A stretch of 64,000 nucleotides of DNA, taken from the NCBI GenBank assembly GCA_964371255.1, contig CAYJKV010000001.1:32573-96572 (forward strand), given 5' to 3'. The notes under the pieces are model-generated. The model saw nothing but the letters and a program-made list of their open reading frames with translations. It did not search any database and was not told the DNA's origin. Position numbers and translations under genes: made by a program. This stretch comes from an uncultured Candidatus Saccharibacteria bacterium (GTDB taxonomy: Bacteria; Patescibacteriota; Andersenbacteria; UBA10190). Of the stretch, positions 47,087 to 56,337 are shown one piece after another; position 1 is the first letter of the stretch; every line of letters starts with the position of its first letter.

Positions 47087-47203
47087 TCAACGAACCTTGG
47101 TGCTACTGGCTTCGGCTAGTGTCCAGACAATGAAAAAACCCAGCACGAAACCAGCTAAAAAGAAGGCTCCCCAAAGTGTTAGGTGGTCAAATAAAGTCAG
47201 CAT
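47087..47203 (-). CDS. 38-aa single-TM peptide MLTLFDHLTLWGAFFLAGFVLGFFIVWTLAEASSTKVR (not in ORF track)
   Basis: Hand-translated; -10-like hexamers just upstream. Confidence 0.5.
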   Translation of the reverse strand: MLTLFDHLTLWGAFFLAGFVLGFFIVWTLAEASSTKVR

Positions 47204-47252
47204 AAGATAGTATGATTATATACCAAATTTGAGAGATGTCTGGAAGGGGGTT

Positions 47253-47276
47253 AAAAAACCACCGGGAGGGGTGGTT
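47253..47276 (-). terminator. Terminator after the CDP-alcohol phosphatidyltransferase gene
   Basis: aaccacc-gggagg-ggtggtt with an A-run on +. Confidence 0.6.
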
Positions 47277-47280
47277 AGGG

Positions 47281-47913
47281 CTAGTTGTTATAGAATTTGA
47301 CGTAGGCATACCAGGTGATGAAAGTGAGTCCGATGGTGAAACTTTCCATCAAATAGCAAACTGGCCAGCACATGGCGGCAGGTAAAAAGGAGATGAGCCG
47401 GCTGTTAAAAGTGCAGGTAAATAAGAAACAACTGAAGATCATCAGGCTAATAGTGCGGGCTTTACCAAACCATTGGGCATGGCTAGACAGACCTTTGGCC
47501 GCGCCGAGACACCTTAAAGCCATAACATAATTGTCCCGCCAAACATTAACTGCGAGGAAGACGACTAATAAGCAGGCATGGCCAGGATTGGTCAGAGTGA
47601 GGGGTAGCAGGCAGCTACTAACAACAACCACTAAAAAATTTTTATCGTGAACCGTATCCAGGAGGCCGCCGAACTCTGAAACGCCGCTGTAGTTGCGGGC
47701 TATCCAGCCATCGAAGGTGTCGGTGAGAGCAGATATAATTAGCAGTCCAAGGCCTACTTCGGCAGGCCAAGGGATGTGGGTTGACCAACCATATAAACCG
47801 CACATAACACCCAGCAAAGCAATTGGGGTGCGAGTGTGAGTAATAAGATTAGCCAGAGAGGTAGCGTTGTCATGACGGTTGGCAGCTGTCAGGTCGGTTC
47901 TTAAAATAGTCAT
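47281..47913 (-). CDS. CDP-alcohol phosphatidyltransferase (PgsA-like)
   Basis: ANLITHTR; DTFDGWIAR...GGLLDTVHDK signature; AAGGAG SD. Confidence 0.85.
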   Translation of the reverse strand: MTILRTDLTAANRHDNATSLANLITHTRTPIALLGVMCGLYGWSTHIPWPAEVGLGLLIISALTDTFDGWIARNYSGVSEFGGLLDTVHDKNFLVVVVSSCLLPLTLTNPGHACLLVVFLAVNVWRDNYVMALRCLGAAKGLSSHAQWFGKARTISLMIFSCFLFTCTFNSRLISFLPAAMCWPVCYLMESFTIGLTFITWYAYVKFYNN

Positions 47914-48131
47914 GGCTTACTCCTTTGATTAAGTGCCTCGACAGGTGAAAAGAACACGATAACAGTAGGACTAATAAATAGTTCAGTCAATTTTAATAAA
48001 CCAAGAGGTAATTTAGTAAAAAGCGCCGGTATTTATTTACGCAGGGATACATTAGGCAGGGGAGACCAGGAGTGACGGATAGGTAGACGTCTACTCTTGT
48101 ATATATCATATCTTTGTGGTACTATATCAGG

Positions 48132-48368
48132 GTGAAACAAAAGAAAAACAAAGAGGACGATGTTAATTTTATCGGCTCGACGAGCGATGTTTTCATTAAA
48201 TACTATAATGAGAACATTCCAGCGTCTTTTCCTCGGGCGACGATTAAGATATTAAAAAAATTCCAAGCACTATACCCAACGCTTTTTAAAAAAAATGGTG
48301 AATGGACGATCAATAAGCACAGAAAAAAATTGATGGATTGGCTTTCTTCGTATCGGGACGATGATTAA
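48132..48368 (+). CDS. Conserved-looking hypothetical protein (GTG start)
   Basis: YYNENIP.SFP..W.I.KHRKKLMDWL; extended -10 6 nt upstream; terminator at 48401-48429. Confidence 0.6.
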   Translation: MKQKKNKEDDVNFIGSTSDVFIKYYNENIPASFPRATIKILKKFQALYPTLFKKNGEWTINKHRKKLMDWLSSYRDDD

Positions 48369-48497
48369 AAATCGCTGGTAGAACTGTTTTATATTTTGAC
48401 CGGACGCCTAGCAGGCGTTCGTTGTTTTTGGGATCGAAGGCGGAGGGGGGGGAGCAGTTGGCCTGTAATATTAAGCGGTAGTGTATAATTAACAGGT

Positions 48498-48893
48498 ATG
48501 AATACTTATGAATGGTACGCCCAATTAATCAAGCCGTCCTGGTCGCCGCCGGCGGGGTTGTTTGGACCGGTTTGGATGGTACTTTATGGCTTAATCGCCT
48601 TTTCTTTCGGCAAGGTGTTTTATCTGGTGTGGAGAAAACAACTGCCGAGCAAAGTTGTTTGGCCGTTTGTTTTAAACTTGGTTTTTAACTTTGCCTTTAC
48701 GCCGCTGCAATTTGGATTAAAAAATAATACGATGGCGGCGATTGATATATTGTTGGTATTGGGGACGTTGTGGTGGGCGATGGCAGCTATTTATCCATAC
48801 CGGCGATGGATTGCCTATCTGCAAGTTCCTTATTTATTATGGGTAAGCTTTGCGACGGTTTTACAATTAACGATTACTTTTTTAAACAATTAA
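48498..48893 (+). CDS. TspO/MBR family protein
   Basis: WY..L.KPSWSPP...FGPVW..LY, PYLLWVSFA. Confidence 0.92.
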   Translation: MNTYEWYAQLIKPSWSPPAGLFGPVWMVLYGLIAFSFGKVFYLVWRKQLPSKVVWPFVLNLVFNFAFTPLQFGLKNNTMAAIDILLVLGTLWWAMAAIYPYRRWIAYLQVPYLLWVSFATVLQLTITFLNN

Positions 48894-48896
48894 TTT

Positions 48897-49175
48897 ATGG
48901 GAAAAACATACCGGAGTTGTCAAAGTTGCGGGATGCCGATGAAGAAGGATCCGCAGGGTGGGGGAACGAATGTGGACGGGACAAAGTCAGGCAAGTACTG
49001 CAGTTATTGTTATTTAAACGGGGGTTTTACGGGGCCAGACTGGACGGCGGAGAAAATGCAAGAATTTTGTAAGGGGAAATTAATAGAAATGGGCTGGCCT
49101 GGCTGGATAGCTGGATGGTTTACAAAAAGCATACCGAAATTAGAGCGGTGGAACGGCCAAGGTGATAAACCATAA
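48897..49175 (+). CDS. Zinc-ribbon domain protein
   Basis: CQSCGMPM...YCSYCY...IPKLERW. Confidence 0.85.
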   Translation: MGKTYRSCQSCGMPMKKDPQGGGTNVDGTKSGKYCSYCYLNGGFTGPDWTAEKMQEFCKGKLIEMGWPGWIAGWFTKSIPKLERWNGQGDKP

Positions 49176-49303
49176 AAAAGGCTAAAAAATAACAGTGACC
49201 AGCCGTAAGTTAATGTTGTGCAAGGGAGAAGGACATGAGGCATACGCGAGGTCATATTAAGCCATCTGGACAGATGGCAAATGGTATACTATAACAATCT
49301 CTT

Positions 49304-51184
49304 ATGCCAATAGACGAGTTAGTAATTGGTGAACGGCGGATCGGTCCAAACCAGCCGGTTTTTGTCATTGCTGAAGCGTCCGTCAACCATAATGGCAGCG
49401 TCAAGCGGGCGCGCGAATTGATTGCGGCGGCCGCGGCAGCGGGAGCCGACGCGGTCAAGTTCCAGAAGCGTAACTTGGACCAAGTGTACCAAAAAAAACT
49501 GCTTGATAATCCTAATAGCGCGGAGCAGAAATATCAGTATCTGCTACCTTTATTAAAGGAATTTGAACTGGCCGATGAAGTGTTTGTGGAGCTGGAAAAG
49601 TATGCGCACGAGCTGGAAATAATGTTTCTGGTTAATGGATGGGATGCCATGAGCGTCAGGTGGATTGAGGAAAATTTGCGGATGCCAGTGCATAAGGTGG
49701 GATCGCCGGATATGACTAATGATGAGTTATTGGAAATTATTATGGCCACCGGTAAGCCCATGATTGTTTCCACGGGGATGAGTCGGGAAGAAGAGATTGA
49801 CCATATGGTGGCGTTACTGCAGAGTCATCACGCCGTATTCGCCTTGCTGCATACGAATAACATTTATCCGGCGCCGTTTGACGAGATCAATCTGAAATTC
49901 ATGGACCGGTTGGCTAAATATGGTCAGCCAGTCGGCTATTCTGGTCACGAACGGGGCATCGCGATATCGATTGCGGCGGTAGCGCGTGGAGCGACGGTGA
50001 TTGAGCGTCACTTAACGGTGGATCGGTCACTGGAGGGGCCGGACCACCAAGCCAGTTTGCTGCCAATGGAATTCAAGGAAATGGTTAAAAGTATCCGACA
50101 GGTTGAGATAGCATTAGGGGATGGTAAGAAAAAATTTACAAGAATTGAGCAGATGAATCGGGAACAATTGGGCAAGAGTATCGTAGCGAAAACTTTTATC
50201 AGTGATGGCGCGATTATCACCAGGGAATTGTTAACAACCAGGAGTCCGGCGAAAGGATTGTCGCCACAAAGAATGCAGGAGATAATTGGCATGAAAGCGC
50301 CACGAGATATTCCAGCAGGGGATGCATTGACGGAGGATGACCTGACGGCTGATCAAATATTAAAAACCTTCAACGGCAAAGGATTGCCATGGAAGTGGGG
50401 TCCAATTGTGCGGCTCAAAGAAGATTTTGAACGGTACCTGGAATATGAGCCAAAAGTGTTTGAGTTTCACTTGAGCGACAAAGATTTGGAAGAAGAGGTG
50501 CCGCGCGGCCGGTTCAGTCAGGAAGTGATAGTGCACGCTCCGGAGTATATGCATCGGTTATATTTAAATCCGGCAGCGGAAGACGCCGAAGAAAGAAAAG
50601 TTGCTATCAACACTTTGCAGCGGAGCATTACGGTAGCGGAAAAGTTAGCGGAATCTTTTACAGGACCGGTGAAATTGGTAATCCATCCGTGCGGGATAAC
50701 GTCACAGCCAGCAGACAATCCGGCGAAATTATTAGAGATATTTGGCGATACTTTACAGCAGCTTAAAACTCATACGGTGGAGTTGCTGCCGGAGAATATG
50801 CCTCCCCGGCCATGGGTGTTCGGAGGAGAATGGGTAGGGAATATTTTTCTGCTGGGCGAGGAGATTAAGCGATGGTTGGAACAGACGGGTTATCAGATGT
50901 GTTTTGATACGTCACATGCGGCGTTAGCTTGTAATGCGGCCGGATATGATCTGGTAAAAATGGTGCGAGAATTGAAGCCATTCATCCGACATTTGCATGT
51001 TTCAGACGCTAGCGGGATAGGAGATGAGGGATTGCAAATTGGCGAAGGGACGATCGATTGGGTGAATGTTATGCGGGAATTAACGGGATATAAGCATACG
51101 ATGGTGCCGGAAATATGGCAGGGACATTTGCATGGCGGCAAAGGTTTTCTCCAAGGGATGGAGCATTTACGAAAATATTGGTAA
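49304..51184 (+). CDS. NeuB-family nonulosonate synthase + SAF domain + C-terminal xylose-isomerase-like TIM barrel
   Basis: IAEASVNHNG, ADAVKFQKR, GYSGHE, IERHLT, GPDH; then ENMPP.PW, CFDTSH, HLHVSD, EGLQIGEG, PEIWQGH. Confidence 0.9.
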   Translation: MPIDELVIGERRIGPNQPVFVIAEASVNHNGSVKRARELIAAAAAAGADAVKFQKRNLDQVYQKKLLDNPNSAEQKYQYLLPLLKEFELADEVFVELEKYAHELEIMFLVNGWDAMSVRWIEENLRMPVHKVGSPDMTNDELLEIIMATGKPMIVSTGMSREEEIDHMVALLQSHHAVFALLHTNNIYPAPFDEINLKFMDRLAKYGQPVGYSGHERGIAISIAAVARGATVIERHLTVDRSLEGPDHQASLLPMEFKEMVKSIRQVEIALGDGKKKFTRIEQMNREQLGKSIVAKTFISDGAIITRELLTTRSPAKGLSPQRMQEIIGMKAPRDIPAGDALTEDDLTADQILKTFNGKGLPWKWGPIVRLKEDFERYLEYEPKVFEFHLSDKDLEEEVPRGRFSQEVIVHAPEYMHRLYLNPAAEDAEERKVAINTLQRSITVAEKLAESFTGPVKLVIHPCGITSQPADNPAKLLEIFGDTLQQLKTHTVELLPENMPPRPWVFGGEWVGNIFLLGEEIKRWLEQTGYQMCFDTSHAALACNAAGYDLVKMVRELKPFIRHLHVSDASGIGDEGLQIGEGTIDWVNVMRELTGYKHTMVPEIWQGHLHGGKGFLQGMEHLRKYW

Positions 51185-51242
51185 TAGTTGTTCTTTTGAG
51201 GAGCAGGTTGTAATAAGCATTTTAAGGAATTAGTTTGAATAT

Positions 51243-52034
51243 ATGTACAAGTTAAGAAAATTTTATCCACCAGGTTTTAATCCCCAGCAATATTGGGCAG
51301 ATAGATACGCACAGGAGCATATTGCTGGCCGCAGCAGCGATGAGTTTCGACGGCAGGATTTTTGGCCGCTCATGAAGCAGCATTTACCCCGAGATAAGAA
51401 AATACTGGACGCTGGTTGCGGCGTTGGGGGATGGATTATATTTTTAAAGGAGGAGGGTTTTGATGTCGAGGGTATTGATAGCGCGGCGCGGACGGTGCGG
51501 GCAATGACGGAATATGACCCTGAAATAAAAGTGAAGATAGCAGACGTAGATGCTATCCCCTATCCAGATAACTTGTTTGGGGGAGTGGTCGCAGTGGGCG
51601 CCCTAGAATACGTGGAGGATAGAGTGGATGAGGCACTTAGGGAAGTTAATCGGGTGCTTGGGCCGGAGGGTGTATTTCTTCTGGAGGTACCGATTACAAA
51701 CTTATTGCGGCGCCTATTTTATATTCCGCTAAAAGAGCTGGAAAGACGGATAAAGGGATGGCAGGGTAATGAACCTGTCTTTGCCAATTATTTTTTTGAT
51801 CGACATGAGCTGGTCAGGAAGCTCAAAGCGACTGGTTTTTCTATTATCACAGAGCAGCCGCACGAGTTGCCAGACAGTAACAGTCATTATGGTTTATACG
51901 TTGATTGGAAATGGTTAAGAGGCAGCGAGCCGTATCATCTGAATTTTCTTGGGTTGGCCATCAAAAAATTAGCCAACCTTATTTCACCATGGATTGCTTC
52001 GACCGGTATGGTGATTGTCGCAAAGAAGCGTTGA
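51243..52034 (+). CDS. Class I SAM-dependent methyltransferase
   Basis: ILDAGCGVG, EVNRVLGPEG. Confidence 0.88.
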   Translation: MYKLRKFYPPGFNPQQYWADRYAQEHIAGRSSDEFRRQDFWPLMKQHLPRDKKILDAGCGVGGWIIFLKEEGFDVEGIDSAARTVRAMTEYDPEIKVKIADVDAIPYPDNLFGGVVAVGALEYVEDRVDEALREVNRVLGPEGVFLLEVPITNLLRRLFYIPLKELERRIKGWQGNEPVFANYFFDRHELVRKLKATGFSIITEQPHELPDSNSHYGLYVDWKWLRGSEPYHLNFLGLAIKKLANLISPWIASTGMVIVAKKR

Positions 52035-52059
52035 CTAATTTTTGTTTGATAACATCAGA

Positions 52060-52155
52060 TTAAAAACCTCCGCCAAAGACAGCGAGACCGAGAGTTAGTG
52101 CAATGAAAACAAGAAGAGCGAGGGTTAACCACTGCATCGTATTTTGCTCATTCAT
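52060..52155 (-). CDS. 31-aa single-TM peptide MNEQNTMQWLTLALLVFIALTLGLAVFGGGF (not in ORF track)
   Basis: Hand-translated; GGAGGTGA SD 6 nt upstream. Confidence 0.65.
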   Translation of the reverse strand: MNEQNTMQWLTLALLVFIALTLGLAVFGGGF

Positions 52156-52378
52156 GAAGGATCACCTCCCGTAGTTTTTCTATAAAAGATAGATAACTAG
52201 TAATTACTATTTTACCTTAATTCGTTTGAAGTTGCGAGTAAAGCCTGGGAGTTTTTTGGGAGTGTTCGTTTTAGCAAGAACCAAGGCAGTGCAGCGCCAA
52301 ACAAGATGGAGTATACTTGACTTTTAGGTGACGGCGAGTAGTCTTCTAATCTATTACATTAATTTTTACTTTGACCAG

Positions 52379-53131
52379 ATGAGCCAAGACAATAACAGTA
52401 TAAGAGGCAAAATAGTGGTTTTAACCGGTGGGTGCGGTTTTTTAGGTAAATATTTTAGCCGCCTCTTGCTTGAGGCAGGAGCTAAAGTGATTGTGACAGA
52501 TGTGACGAAGGGGGCGGATTTGATAATGGATGTGACAGATCAAAAATCTATTGATGGGAGTTTGGAGGAAATCACAAAGGAACACGGAAAGATTGATGTA
52601 ATGATTAATAATGCCGCGATTGATCCTAAGTTTGACGTGGGTGTGAAGCAGAATCAGTATGAGTTCGTGAATTATCCGGAGGAAGCGATGCAGCAAAGCA
52701 TAAATGTTAATTTACTAGGCACGTGGCGGGTGTGCAAGACGGCTGTAAAAATTATGCGTGAACAAGGGTTTGGCAATATTGTGAACGTGGCTTCGTTTTA
52801 TGGGGTCACGCCCCCACGACAAGAAATCTACCCGGCGGGGACAGAAAAACCAGTTGATTATCCAGTGACAAAAGCGGGTGTGATTATGTTAAGCAGGCAG
52901 ATTGCATCCCAATTCGGACGGGATGGGATCAGGTGTAATGTGCTGGCACCCGGCGGCGTTTTAAAAGAGCAGTCGCTGGAATTTCAGGCTGAATATGAAC
53001 GACATACCTCCTTGGGCCGTATGACGATGCCAGATGAAGTGAGTGATGCATTGTTATTCTTAGCCAGCGACCGTTCACGGGGAATGACCGGCGAGGTTTT
53101 AGTGGTTGATGCCGGTTGGCGGTCAAGATAA
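52379..53131 (+). CDS. SDR family oxidoreductase
   Basis: TGGCGFLG, NNAA, YPVTK, RCNVLAPGG. Confidence 0.9.
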   Translation: MSQDNNSIRGKIVVLTGGCGFLGKYFSRLLLEAGAKVIVTDVTKGADLIMDVTDQKSIDGSLEEITKEHGKIDVMINNAAIDPKFDVGVKQNQYEFVNYPEEAMQQSINVNLLGTWRVCKTAVKIMREQGFGNIVNVASFYGVTPPRQEIYPAGTEKPVDYPVTKAGVIMLSRQIASQFGRDGIRCNVLAPGGVLKEQSLEFQAEYERHTSLGRMTMPDEVSDALLFLASDRSRGMTGEVLVVDAGWRSR

Positions 53132-54073
53132 TTAGATAGAAGGCCAGTGGGCCGGATCGACTTGATGAGGATCAGTAATGGCCAAATCAGACAATTTAGT
53201 AAGAACTGCCGGTGGCAGGGGGTCTTTATTAATCGCCGAGAGAGCGCTTCGTAAATGTTGCGGATCGATTGTACCAATTAGAATGGTCGAGACGGCTGGA
53301 TTGGCAGCGGCAAAACGAATAGCCAAACTGGGCAGGTCGGTGGACATTTTTTCCGCGATAGCCGCGGCTTGCGCGGAATTTTCTTTGAGTGGATTTAAGG
53401 CAAGGGGGAGATGCCGGACGGCGTTAGTGAGAGCACCCTTTAATAAAACTGAGCGATTGATAATACCGATACCATGAGCCAGGGCAGAGGGGAAAACATG
53501 TGCAGCCATGCGTTGATCCAGGATACTATAAGCAGTTTGGATGGTGGAAAAGAAACCGGTTTTAATGGCCGTGAGTGGTGCCTCTTCACCCCGGGTGGCA
53601 ATTCCGACATGCTGCACTTTTCCCTCTTCGATTAAACGTCGCAAAATATCTATTAATTCTCCACGCTCAATTTGTTCTGACGAACCGCCGTGCAGCTGTA
53701 ATAACTGGAGGGAGTCTTGCCGCAGCCGGCGTAGGCTTTCTTCTACCTCGACCCGGATCATATTTTCCAAATCACGGCCGCGCGGATCGGCGCCTTTTTC
53801 TAAGAATTGAGCGCACTTGGTGCCGATTATGATATTTGGCAGGCGACCGATACCGGAACGGCCAATGCGTTCTTCAGCTACGCCATAACCATGAGCGGTA
53901 TCAAAATAAGTAATCCCTAAATCCACAGCCGTTTTTAGAATTCGCTCGGCTGCTTCGTTGGTCGGTAGTGAAGTCGCCCCAATGCCATATGGCAGACCGA
54001 TTTCAACAGTACCAAGACCGATCGGCGAAACATTGAAGACAGTTGAACCCAAAGGGCGTATTACGGTAGTCAT
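53132..54073 (-). CDS. Aldo/keto reductase
   Basis: IGLGT, FDTAHGYG.AE, GTK, SLRRL...LQLH. Confidence 0.9.
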   Translation of the reverse strand: MTTVIRPLGSTVFNVSPIGLGTVEIGLPYGIGATSLPTNEAAERILKTAVDLGITYFDTAHGYGVAEERIGRSGIGRLPNIIIGTKCAQFLEKGADPRGRDLENMIRVEVEESLRRLRQDSLQLLQLHGGSSEQIERGELIDILRRLIEEGKVQHVGIATRGEEAPLTAIKTGFFSTIQTAYSILDQRMAAHVFPSALAHGIGIINRSVLLKGALTNAVRHLPLALNPLKENSAQAAAIAEKMSTDLPSLAIRFAAANPAVSTILIGTIDPQHLRSALSAINKDPLPPAVLTKLSDLAITDPHQVDPAHWPSI

Positions 54074-54149
54074 AGTTTAAGCGTAGCATATTGGGAACAA
54101 TGTTTAGAGGAGATCGGGAAGATGGCAGAGAACATCAAAAAAGAAGTAA

Positions 54150-54626
54150 TCAAGCTAAGAGCGACAGGGGGATTTTGACAATTAATTTTTGTACGAAGTT
54201 ATTGCCAGAGTGGGGCAGGCCGGGCTGATGTGCGTCAGGAGGGAAGAAAACGGCGACGCAGCGGGGTAGCATGACAACGGATCGCAATGGTTTGCGGGGA
54301 GGATTATATAAAGTATAGTCCGCAGCGGGGTGATGCGAGATGGGAGATAATTGATCAATGGGAGCGACTTGAATGATTTCACTGCCGGATAAACAAATAT
54401 GGATGTCAATATGAAGCAAATGGGATTCGTATCGGTTTTGGTCTGGCCGGGCGGTTGCCATTGTTTTGAGATGAGCTTGAATAGTAGGGAAATCTGGATG
54501 ACAGAAAGTATTGTCCTGGTCGGAAACGGGAATGGCAGGCAGCCAAGAAAACACCGCGCGCCAAGCAGGCTGCGGCAGCTGTTTGTATAGCAGATCGAGG
54601 TTGTCCAGACTGCCGATAATTGCCAT
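54150..54626 (-). CDS. YhcH/YjgK/YiaL (NanQ-like) family protein
   Basis: ESH..HIDIH..LSGSE, FFPPDAHQP, KLIVKI. Confidence 0.85.
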   Translation of the reverse strand: MAIIGSLDNLDLLYKQLPQPAWRAVFSWLPAIPVSDQDNTFCHPDFPTIQAHLKTMATARPDQNRYESHLLHIDIHICLSGSEIIQVAPIDQLSPISHHPAADYTLYNPPRKPLRSVVMLPRCVAVFFPPDAHQPGLPHSGNNFVQKLIVKIPLSLLA

Positions 54627-54726
54627 ATGTTTGTTTTTAGTATAACCACTTAACAATAAGTAAGTAGGAATAATGTTTCTCTAACATAGCTTGCGTTATT
54701 GGTCAATAAAGTGGTATAGAGAGCGC

Positions 54727-55575
54727 ATGGGTAAAGAGACTAATAATCCGAAAAGGGACACCGTAGAAGTGGTCGCAATTATTCCTGCTCGGGGAGGACA
54801 GCAAAGCATACCTTACAAAAATTTACAGCCGCTTGGCGGAAAAACTTTATTGGCTTGGGCGGTTGAAGTCGCAATAGCAGCGGAATCGGTAGACGCAGTG
54901 CTTGTATCTACGGAAGATGCAAGGATAGCGAGGGAGTCAAAGAAATTAGGCGCGATAGTAATCCCCCGCCCGAAAAAATATTCGCAGCCGGACAGCAGCG
55001 ATGCGGGGTGGTATAGCCACGCGGTGCAGTGGATGGAAGAGGAAAAAGGGTGGCAGCCGGAACTGATCGTTAATTTGCGGCCGACCAGTCCGCTGCGTTT
55101 TGCGCGGGATGTGGACGCGATGGTCAAATATATGAGGAATAATCCGCAAGCCGATGGGCTTAAGAGTGTGGTCCCAGCACCCATCCATCCTTATAAAATG
55201 TGGACTTTTAAGTCTGAGACTGCGGGGGATAGCGGAGCGCGCGGCAATGAGGATAATGACCGGTCATTAGCAGTGGGCGAAGCGGCTGAACTGCAGGCTG
55301 TGTTTGATAATGATTTTCGCCGGACGCATGGCCCGGACCAGCCGCGACAATATATTCAACAGCAGTGGCCGATTTATTGGCAGGACGGGCAGGTTGACAT
55401 TACACGACGCCGATTTGTGCTGCGTCCGGAATGCTTAGAATATGATAATGTGTGGGGAGAAAACCTTCATGGCTACGTTCTGGATCCGCGTACAAGTACA
55501 GACTTAGATACACCCGAGGATTTTTACCGGGCAGAAAAAATATATAAGGAGTTGCGGGCAGCTAAGGGAGAATGA
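54727..55575 (+). CDS. Acylneuraminate cytidylyltransferase (NeuA-like)
   Basis: IIPARGG..SIPYKN, VSTED, LRPTSPLR, DLDTPEDF. Confidence 0.88.
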   Translation: MGKETNNPKRDTVEVVAIIPARGGQQSIPYKNLQPLGGKTLLAWAVEVAIAAESVDAVLVSTEDARIARESKKLGAIVIPRPKKYSQPDSSDAGWYSHAVQWMEEEKGWQPELIVNLRPTSPLRFARDVDAMVKYMRNNPQADGLKSVVPAPIHPYKMWTFKSETAGDSGARGNEDNDRSLAVGEAAELQAVFDNDFRRTHGPDQPRQYIQQQWPIYWQDGQVDITRRRFVLRPECLEYDNVWGENLHGYVLDPRTSTDLDTPEDFYRAEKIYKELRAAKGE

Positions 55576-55579
55576 TACT

Positions 55580-55735
55580 TATATTCGAAACCCTAAGCTT
55601 TTAAATCCTCCCTAAGTGATCTCTTTGGGATCAACAAATCCGAGATAGGCGATAAAAATTATAAATTCGAAACTCTGAAAATTCTAAAGGATTAAAAAGC
55701 TAAAGGCCAAAGTTCAAACAGCAAAGGAATTAACT
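55580..55735. repeat. Degenerate 7-mer tract
   Basis: aaattcg aaactct ... aaagcta aaggcca aagttca aacagca. Confidence 0.5.
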
Positions 55736-55892
55736 GATACCAAACGACAGTGATTGACATGCTCTCTTGGATGTAACAAGACAGGCGGATCAGGCGGTGG
55801 TTGTCTGTCGGACCTGGGATTGTTGGGTGCGAAAGAGAGGAAGTCTTTCATTAAAAAGAGAAGGAAAGCAGAAGGTTGAGGTTTTAAATAAG

Positions 55893-56216
55893 TTATTGTT
55901 GGCGCAGTTCGTCTTCCAGGTCCTTCATGCCGGCTGGTCCTTGGCGTGCAGCTCGTTCGATTTTGGAACGAAGACCAGCTGGCATTTTAGACAGTAAACC
56001 TTGCATCAGGTCCTCAGCAGTGACGGTGGTATGGCCAGCCTGGCGGGCGTGATCTTCAGCGGCCTTAGTTAGCTGTTTTCGGACAGTTCCTTTGAGGGCA
56101 CCAGGCACCGGTGCTTGACTCAAGGCTTTGGCTAAAGCTTCAGAAGCGGCAGCGTCCCAAGTAAGCTTGGATGGCGTGTCGCCGGGATTACTTTTTTTGG
56201 AAAATAGTTTAAACAT
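55893..56216 (-). CDS. Small protein resembling the PCP_red (BchB C-terminal) domain
   Basis: LTWDAAASEAL...VPGALKGTVRKQL..AAEDHARQAGHTTVTAEDL. Confidence 0.65.
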   Translation of the reverse strand: MFKLFSKKSNPGDTPSKLTWDAAASEALAKALSQAPVPGALKGTVRKQLTKAAEDHARQAGHTTVTAEDLMQGLLSKMPAGLRSKIERAARQGPAGMKDLEDELRQQ

Positions 56217-56337
56217 ATGTCTTACTGTAGTCGAGTGGTAAAAAAGGTAAAGAGAAAATGAAGTAAGGCGTCAAGAATTCGTAGGGGTGTGTATAACGAG
56301 ATAAGCAATTGACGATTTTATTGTATGATGAACCGCG

